Shown: positions 34,584-43,869 of the stretch, piece by piece
How positions within the stretch are numbered: position 1 is the first letter of the stretch
Layout: each line of letters starts with the position of its first letter
DNA from: Rotaria socialis
Taxonomy: Eukaryota
DNA length: 43,869 nucleotides
Direction: 5' to 3'
Assembly: GCA_905331295.1 (NCBI GenBank)
Contig: CAJNYD010000459.1
Location: forward strand, 412,975 to 456,843
Notes under the pieces: model-generated
Databases searched by the model: none
The model's input: the letters and a program-made list of their open reading frames with translations, nothing else
Told to the model about the DNA's origin: nothing
Program-made: the position numbers and the translations under genes

Positions 34584-37500
34584 AAACTTATTTTTGATCG
34601 ATTACCAGCTGCTCTGAATATTTCAAAATATCTATAATAATAAACAAGAGAATCTTGTGTGGTTTCTCCTAATTTGAGTTTTAATTTAATAAGAATGTTA
34701 CACTAAGCTACACGCATATCATAATTTATTTATGAATATGTATTGAATTTTGTTGAAAACTGTTTCTCCTCTAATAATTACATTTACCTAAGTATTTGAA
34801 TTAAATAAAAATGTAAGTAAGGATTTTCCCCCGTTATATAACTTTAGTTGAGTAGATGAGTAACCATCTTTTATGTTTTTTGTTACTAAATAGTGACGCA
34901 AATACAATTCTCAATCAGTCATATGATAGAGAACAGTGTGATAGTACTATGGTTTGAACCGGAATAACCATTATGTTGTGTATTAAAGCAAATCTGGTTG
35001 AACAACCTTCACATTCATTAGCATAGAAAGAATTTGGTATATAAATAATTTTCTAGTCAAGTTTTGCAAATTCCAAAAACGTTGCCAAGAAATCTACAAT
35101 CTAACAGATCAAACACATGCCAAATAAATCAGATAGCACATCATTCGCATGACTATAAGACGTGATTCCGATTGACAAGATACGGTTGACATTTATCGTT
35201 ATGTGGTCTTTTTATCTTTGGCTTCTTTGAGCTTTGCATAAGGATATGTCATAATAACAAAATATGAGATGAAACAGCTATCATTTGTATTTAATAAGGA
35301 CCAATTCGTCATGCTGCGCCCAGTTTCGGCTACTGCTCTTTCCATAATTGTATAAGCAATAGGTGAAACTCGATCTTTCCATATTTATTCAAGGCTAATC
35401 ACTCATCAAACTTTGAATTGAACAAAATCTTTCACATTGTTGTCGTGCTAGAAATCAATATATGCCACCGATGAAAAGGACAATGTTGTGATTCAACGAG
35501 CCAATGCAAGTTAATTATTTATCGAAGGCAACTTATGATAATGATTTCGATCGTTCTCAGAGATACTTACAAAATTGAGAAGTGAACAATATTCAGCACG
35601 TGAATGTTTTCTTTGCTTTGTTAGGTAACACACTAATTCTGAAATAAATAAATTGATAATTAGAAAACCGTTTATCAAAGGTCAACTTTATTTTCAACTG
35701 CCAAGTTTTTCGTGGTGAAGAATATGAAAAATGAAAACAAAATATCTAGTTATTGTCTTATAAGAGTGTATCTTGAATTTGTTGTCAGAATGTTGTCATT
35801 TGTAACTACGTATAATACTCATTAGTTACAAAAGAATCAATTAAGAAATGGAATTTTACGATTGAAGAGCTTGATACGTGCTTATAGAGCTGAGTTCGTT
35901 TTCCCCAATTATACATTGTCTGTCTGCGAGCAATTTTGCATGGAATTTCTGCAGCGTTTTTAATTAAAATAAGTAATTTATTTTGTGTATTTCTGTATAT
36001 TTCATGATTCGAGAGCTGTGCAACAGTTGAAAGAAGAAAACTTTAGAGTAGCCTCTACAGTTTCGGTATATGGTAGTGTTTTCATTATGAAACTTCCGTT
36101 TTCAAAATGTAGCTAATGAATCCTTCATTCAGTATATACTTGAAGACATTTTAAGCATATCATAACGATAATCTATGTTGAGATCATACTGACATAATTC
36201 CGTTTCATTTCGATCATGTGTCTCATAACAGACCTCTTATGCGATACAAGAGAAAGATTTCAATGACAGAATTAATACTTCTAAAAAATAAAGTATAGCC
36301 CACTCAATTCTGCACTGAACAACTTATCGAAAGCATTCAACATAGAAACGTATGCTTATCAAATTGGCTATGTTTTGCAGATTCGTGCACAGTCAAATTT
36401 TGTTTTCTTAGAGGAATTGAATATCAAAGTATTAATAAAAGCTATAAGAAATCGCGAGAAAATACATATCGTTTGCTTTGAATAAATCGGATACTCGCCA
36501 ACTAGAGATCTATTATATTTGATGAATCGGAAAACATCGTGACTATTGTCTACTCTTGAAAACAAAGCAAACTTGAAATAGAATATACTTTGGCATGCGA
36601 ACTTTTTTCATCTGAACCCCATTCATATAAAGACATGCACAAGTATTATGTTCGGTTGCACTATTCTGAATCGAAACAAAATGAATTTTACTCTTTGGCT
36701 GACTTCTTGTTTGCAAAGTCTAGGTCTACTTCATGGGTTATTCTTTCAAGCATAATGTCTTTATTGTGAAACCCTAGAGACTATTTCTCTCATATACACT
36801 GAACAATTTTAGATGATATTGCAAGAAAAAAGAAAAAAAGGTTCCGGCGACCTCTTTTGTAACTAGAGCTTTATGTCACTGTCTAACGTATCTAAAACTT
36901 GAGCTCTTCCTCGAAATGCCTGCGTTAAATATTGTTAATTGTTATCATTTTCCATGCAGCCAGGTCATGCGTCTGAAATATCATAGTTACTCAGTTTTGT
37001 TGCGCATCTTCCTTTGTTAATCATGTCTTTGGTTTTATCATGTCTGAATATTTTATGAGAAAGGTTTTTCTTAATAGTGCGCATGTGCATCTATAGGTTT
37101 CCATAATACACATTAATTGCGTTTCGTATGCACATCAGTCATAAGTATGGCATACTATTATTGTTATTATTATTATTTAATTCTAAAAATCTGCGCCATA
37201 ATTAAAATCTTAAGCAGCATGACAAACTAAGATTTATCTATCTTAACGTATAGATAATGAACTGTGCACGAATAACTGTATGTTAATTATTACCACGAGC
37301 ATCAGATGATATATTGAAATAGCTTGAATTCATATCTATTAATTTATAAAAAGAATTGTTTAAGGAAGTTTCCATGAGGGTATAATTTTCTATTGAAATA
37401 ACCTTTTGCTTTTATTTAAGAGTAGAAAAGAATATGAAAAATAGTAAATCTAATGTTCCGCCATTACCATACTGCCATTTCTTTGCATTTTTAGAAGAAA

Positions 37501-40500
37501 AACAGACAGATACGCCAGAAGCAAAGTGTACCCAGAAAGTAAAGTCATCTAACAATAACAGCCAACCAGTGAACGAGGAACAAAAAACTCTCTGGGACGC
37601 TACTGAGTAATGAATAAATAAATATTAATTCTATATCCGGTTGATTAACATCATAATACAGTTCGTTCTTAGTTGACAAAAAAAGAGAATTATAATTAAT
37701 TATATATATATATTTACAATGCTCTTGTTCAAGATAATTAATTACAAGTACAAGACCTTTAAGCACTTACAACATTACCCGTGTGATTACAAGATGAAAG
37801 GTAGATTATCTTGAAAAAATTCATTAATATGCAAGATTAATCGAATTTCAGCATTGTAGGATGTTGAGATTAACTAAAATTATTCTAATTCGTCAAAAAT
37901 ATTGTCTGGTAGATATAGTCAAGGCCAAATAAGAAAACAAGTCTGAAAAGAATCAGTACTGTTTGGTAATTTTCGCTATTTCATATAGAATAAAATTCTA
38001 CATCTAATACAATCATAAAAAAAAACTAAATAAAAATCATTAAGCAGCATTGGTCAAATTTGGTTTCTAAAGTATTTATTTTATTTGAAAAAGTCCTTTT
38101 TAAAGCTCATCTTATTTAACAAGTAAATTAATTCAGTGTCTAGTGAACACCTAAGAATGAACCTGAGCATGAAATACTTGAATGCTCTAGTTCGTTTCCT
38201 CACTGGTACTTAAAATAGAAGACAAACAAGCATTATTTACATAGAGTCTTAATCGTAACCATCGCTGACGAGAATAGATAATAGGAAGACTTGTTAATTG
38301 AGTTTTTCTTGAGAGATCCGTCATGTTATTGTTATCTCAAATTGGTACATTATTTTTACATAAGCAGTATTACATGATTAGAAACAAAAAAATGCTCTAC
38401 GATTTTTATACAGCATTGATAACATAATCGATAATAAATATTTATCCGCTAACGCGGTCAAGAAATAATTCAAACGCAAATTCAATATATATATCATGTC
38501 TCTAGTACAATAGTGTCCTTTTTTAGTAGAAGTATTCTGGTAAATTTGAATAATCTTGCCATTGTTTTCTTTAAAAACATGGGTATTCATACAACTGTTG
38601 GAAGTGAAGATCTCTTGAATAGAAAAAAATTCACATATAAAGCATTTCAAATAATACCATTGACTTCCATATCGAAAATTATTTTATTTCATAATTCGCC
38701 ATTTTAGATTTCCGAGAGTCAACGTTTTGTAAGTAATTCATGAAGGTAAAAAAAACAATTTTAACTGGAGATGCACTTTCCAGCATATCGTTAAGACCGG
38801 TGAAAGCCGATCAACTGATGAAGAACCTACGGTGATGACCGTTTTTTTATGTTATTCAGACGGCACTGTATTAAAACAACCCAGAAATGCTAATATACCG
38901 GCCTTCATTGTAGGTTTTTCGTATTCTTACCGGCTTCACCATTTTCTCACTGTTGTATCCCTAGCTTTAGCTGAATTTGAGCACAAAAAGCACGATTAGA
39001 ATTGCCTAAGCACATCAACATTCTTAGATTTACAAAATTGTAACAATATCAGATTACATAAGAATGGCGTAGCTAGAATATTGATGAACCAATCTGCCGC
39101 CAGTGTGTTGATATAATACTTCTTGCATTCAACTACTTTATGCCACGATAGATTCATATTGCATGCAAGAAGTGCGTACAAAATGAATTTTTTCCGCGTC
39201 ATATCCTGTTGGGTTGACTACTGTAGACAATCGCAAGATGTTCTGTTGAATTGATAGACTAGATTTTATTTTTAAATCGAGTTCACCAACTGAAATATTT
39301 CTCAATTAAATCGTGAAGCAATATTTTTATGAAACTCATTTTAGAATAAAAGTTGATCGCATTGCAACTCACCGAATACATGTATGCCAAGCAAATATAA
39401 AAGAAGCAAACAATATATTGCATAGAATGTAATTATAAATAAGCTTATTTATTAAACTTGATTTGAAAAACTATTCAAGAAAGGTGATAAAGAAGTCAAC
39501 AGAACAATACACAATTATTTTCTACTAATCTTACTAATGAATCGTTTTTTCGAAATTAAACAGTTCAAAGGTTTTTCTGTTTTGATGTAAGATCTAAACA
39601 ATATTTTGAAATTCTGTTTCTTTCCTTGTTCGAATGGTATTGGAAACAAGAAATCTTGATCAATATCATCAGTTTCGAATCTTTTTGATGAAGTTCATCA
39701 CTTCAAGATAATATTTGACACAATGTTTTACCTTTTACTTGCAGCCGTATAAAGAATAGTCGATCAAATTATATTTTTCAAGATTTAGTTGACACAACAC
39801 GAACGGAGCATCATCACTATTTTCAAAAGAAATATTTTTGACTTTTTCTGAAAATTATCTATCAGTGTGGTAAACGAGATGAAATATATTGGCTGATCTT
39901 GCAATATAAACATAGGTGTAAGGTCACGAATAGAAACTAGGTGAATATCACCATCTAAATGAAACGATACAGATTTCATAACTTCAATATTATGTTTGTT
40001 GAAGTAGAAATCTAACAATAAGATATACCGATACAATTGGTCGTTTGACATAGTATTTGTTTTCCGTCAACTCTACTCTAGCTCCATTCGAGCATAAATA
40101 AATCTATACGAGAGATTGTTTTGTGACGACATTGGTAGTGCTTCTCTCATTTTAGACTTTCGATTATACAAGAAAAATTGCTTTTTTCAGCATGCAAATT
40201 CAGAAACGTGATTCTTCATTTTTCAGGTTATAATGCTCTTACTCTATTCTGTGGAATGTCTCTGCTAGACATTTGTATTGCACATTGAAATATTTACCTT
40301 TTTAATGGACTTCCCTATGTTTAGTTATGAATTGGTATATTAGCAACATATATTTTTAAAATCTATCTTCAATAGTAACAAACAGTTGCAAATGACATGT
40401 TTTTTTTTATAAAGTTACATTTTGATATAGAGAGAAGCACATGCTGACTTTTTCTTTTCTATTTAACGTGCTCAAACAGTCCATTGAATACATAATAAAA

Positions 40501-40758
40501 TACGAAAGAAAAGAAACCCGACTGGTTTGTGAACATATTGACATTATTTTTATACTCAGACTTTTTTCTGTTTCATTTTCATTTTCTTTTCTTTTGCGTT
40601 TCTATCGTTTCTGACTAATGGCTTCTCTAATGCCAAGAAAATAATGGGTGATGAGAGAACAACAAACGATTTCAAAATAAAACAGCCACTGTTTTGAGCC
40701 TACTTTCCCTTTTATGTATCGACTTTAACAACGTTACCAATTATTATTTGTCGTCAAA

Positions 40759-43366
40759 ATGGCACTGAGCTGTTCAACAGTGCAAACATCCGTCGTGCCA
40801 TATCAATTTCAGCAAGACGAACAACAGTGTAATTCTCTCAATCGACAACATGAATTATCATTGATTAACGACGATAAACAGTTTAAAAAAGCCGAGTCAT
40901 TTCCATTTGGAAAATGGTAAGTAGTCGAAAATCCTGAGAAAAAAACATTCAAACTATACTCACTCCAATTTTAAATGTCTATATGTATTTTTGTAATCTT
41001 CATCATATGTGCTACGTTTTTCTTTTGTAGTCGCATCTGTCGCGATATTGCTACAGGAGTCCATTATGGCGTTATTACATGTGAAGGATGCAAAGTATGT
41101 TTTTGCTTTTTAAAAGGTTTCATCGATGAAAATAATAAGTGCATAGGGTTTTTTCAAACGATGTATAAGTCGAGGTATCTCAAACCGTTGTTTATCTGGT
41201 AATAAATGTACCGTTAGTACCGACACACGTAATCGGTGTAAATCATGTCGATTTCGGCGATGTATTGAACAAGGCATGTCTATGAATAGTGTAAAAATGG
41301 GTAGAATACCTAAAAAAGTTAAAGAAAAAGCATTGCGTTATCATAAAAAATATCAAGAGCAAAATACACACATTCAACAAGTGAGAAATGAAAAAATTAT
41401 AATATCAAATGATGTTCTTGACTGGAGTTCATCGGATCAAATAACACAATCTACATCATCTTCATTATCAATGAATAATTATAATACTGATACACAAGCA
41501 ACTAATGAGCAAAATCCAGATAGATTTCACGATACTCCAGGTAAATATTGTATCCAAAAACAAAACTGTCACTTAATTACATTCGGATTACATTAAGAAA
41601 TACTTAGATAAATATGCTTTACGTTAATCAATATAAAGTATGCTTTGAATTTCATATTGAACATTTTCATGGCATTAATATTTTTCATACCTAATCCTAT
41701 TTCAGCTGTAAAAAAAAACAGGTTTTATTTTAGAACTTTCCCTATTGCCAAAACAATCATTTGATCGTATGAATGCATTTGATTTAGCAATAAAATTAGG
41801 AAATAACTTCAATCATAATTTATCATTACTTTGTTTACCACAAATTTTCTGTTCATTATCAGTATCGAAAGATTGGGCAAATTCAGCTAATTACAATAAT
41901 GATTTATCAATACGTACATCAACAAATAATAATTATATGACAGTAGCAAAATATATATCAAAAATAAATGAAAACAGTTTGATTGATACAGTTGTTAATT
42001 GCGAATTAAATTATTCGAAAAATATTCTTCCAACAATGAAACACATTTTACCAAGGCTTTGCCAACCTTATCTTATTTTTGAGCTTGATTTTGAAATTAT
42101 GTCAGTTTTTCGTTATATACGATGGAAAGTATTTCAATCGTATTTAAAAAATACAAATCGAGTGCAAAGACATTCTCAGGAAATGTTTCGATTAACTAGT
42201 CGTGGTGTAAGTATATAATGAAATTTATTTTGTTTTGTTTCATTTTTCGTTAATAGTTCACACGTTATTCAAATATCGATCCAACATATGAAGAAATGTG
42301 GAATGGTGTTCAAGCTAGTATAGCAGCGCATGTTAACGAATTACTTGCTTTTGCACAACAGGCAAATAAATAATTTGTTTTTCAATATATAAGAGAATCT
42401 TCAATAGAAAACTAAGTTTAGATAAAAGTCAAACTATTAATTGCACTTTCAAGCTACAATTTTTAATGCTTGACATGATATTTTAGATGTCACTTATGTA
42501 ATCAAAGGGGACAATTTTCTTTCTTCTCCTTCTATTATTGAGTAAGACCAGAATAAAGCATTAGAGTAAACTTGAGAATAATAAGACTAATGATAAAACA
42601 TAATCTATTCATAGAAACGAGTTCATTAGCATTTGAATATATTCTATCAAATAAATTTATCTTGTCAAAACAAACTAAGAGATAATTCTTCTTGCATAGG
42701 AATATAGAATTTTAAATAATCTTATATTTTCATAATTGAATGATTTTTTTTTCTACCAATAGATGCCTGGGCTCAATGAATTAAATCAATCGGATTTCGC
42801 TAAAATTCTAAATATTCGTATATATGATTTTTGGATGGTTAGTTTTTAGTTCTAGAAAATTCAATAATCTATTTCTTAATTAAAGATTTTAAACTATCTA
42901 CTATTTTATAATGGTGAGACCTATATCATGACACCTGATGGTCTACAATATACAAGATATTTTATGAATCAATTGATTGGAAAAACAACTACGGATGCTT
43001 TACATGACTTTGCTAAAAGTCTTCATGCATTGAATATAACACAAGTGGAACATAGTCTTATTATGGCTTTAGTCATGTGTCAACCAGATCAACAATTAGA
43101 AGATCAAGAAAGTATACATGTTGTCAATCATTGCTATATGTATGCATTGTATGTTCAATTATGCTCAACAAGAGCCGAAAATAAAGCGAAAATATTATTT
43201 GATAATATACTTGAGGTTAGTTTCAATTTTTTGAATGGCTCAGCCTCTTTTTTGTACTTTGTTTGCTTGATTGTTATAGATTATTGGTCGAATTACTTAT
43301 ATTAACGAACTTTGTAATCAAAATATTGGAAAAATTGTAATGGATAAGACAATATCAAACGAATGA
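40759..43366 (+). CDS. Nuclear hormone receptor, NR1-type (Rev-erb/E75/ROR-like DNA-binding domain) with a divergent ligand-binding domain
   Basis: Approximate exons: 40759-40916, 41031-41094, 41147-41541, 41734-42206, 42256-42361, 42763-42837, 42886-43216 and 43280-43366. C4 zinc fingers [27 protein letters not shown]...RNRCKSCRFRRC, C-terminal extension GRIPK, and LBD signature LLAFAQQMPGLNELNQSD. Confidence 0.92.
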
Positions 43367-43518
43367 TTGGAGTTGTTTTTATTTTTTTCCCTTCTATTTG
43401 TTGTGAATTAGCTATGTGATTTATATATACATATATATGTTTTTATGATTATAAAAATGAAAGGAACAAACAATGCTGAAGAATAAAGGTGCATGAAGTA
43501 GGGAAGATTTTGGTAATC

Positions 43519-43568
43519 AACTAGATGGTATTCGAGTTTCGCTCGTATAAGAAATGCGGTGCGAAGCA
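43519..43568 (-). mobile_element. 3' terminus of another Helentron-type element of the 17-18 kb family
   Basis: AACTAGATGGTATTCGAGTTTCGCTCGTATAAGAAATGCGGTGCGAAGCA is nearly identical to 16968-17017. The adjoining body differs. Confidence 0.75.
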
Positions 43569-43869
43569 CGAGCCGAGTACAAGAAAAAATAAAAAATTTA
43601 ACGGAAAAGGAACAAGCAATCTTAAAATTAATTAGACATCGTTTTGATCTGATTAGTTTCATATTTGCTTGGAATAAACACATTTTCCTGTCTTCAGCAG
43701 TTGTAATAAAAAACAAAAATGGTTTCAATGAAGCAGATGATTGAAATTTAAAATACACTCAGAGCAGCTATTGCCGAATCTATCACTACGAGAACTCCTC
43801 TATCAAGGCTTATGAGCGCAGAGATGTCATAATATCCTAACACTGGGTATCGTCGACATACCAGTCACG

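Noticed and set aside
37112..37145. Minus-strand CTGATGT..GAAAC hammerhead-like string
   Set aside because: The core deviates from CUGANGA and the flanking stems do not pair.
38766..38962. Possible hAT MITE remnant ending GTATCCCTA with CCGG motifs
   Set aside because: The left terminus and TSD are not convincing.
39400..40090. Coding-looking fragments on the minus strand
   Set aside because: Multiple stops and frame changes and no recognisable domain. A BLASTX search would be needed.

Overview
AT-rich eukaryotic genomic DNA with many short (about 50-70 nt) spliceosomal introns. Its gene and repeat content is most consistent with a bdelloid rotifer (inference; the organism cannot be proven from the sequence). 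The first ~19 kb is a transposon graveyard. It holds a minus-strand minimal type I hammerhead ribozyme of the Penelope-like kind (3604-3657) and a 3.85-kb Sola2-like DNA transposon with ~340-bp TIRs, whose intron-containing transposase is dead and is interrupted by a 154-bp solo LTR with a 5-bp TSD. It also holds a complete 372-bp tRNA-derived SINE with a CORE-like domain and a 14-bp TSD, sitting just upstream of an intronless 4-TM orphan gene. Several hAT-type and CCC-ended MITEs, a FLYWCH (MULE-type) pseudogene and a self-nested cluster of Helentron-type non-autonomous elements complete this half. The remaining ~24 kb is gene-rich. It contains a Cys-rich/mucin-stalk membrane protein, a SUEL-lectin-like receptor, a 15-exon SOGA/MTCL-like coiled-coil gene, a small secreted triple-repeat Cys-rich protein resembling fungal CBM52 modules, and an NR1-type nuclear receptor with a GC-AG intron. 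No CRISPR array, rRNA or true tRNA gene was seen. All alignments and translations were done by eye.
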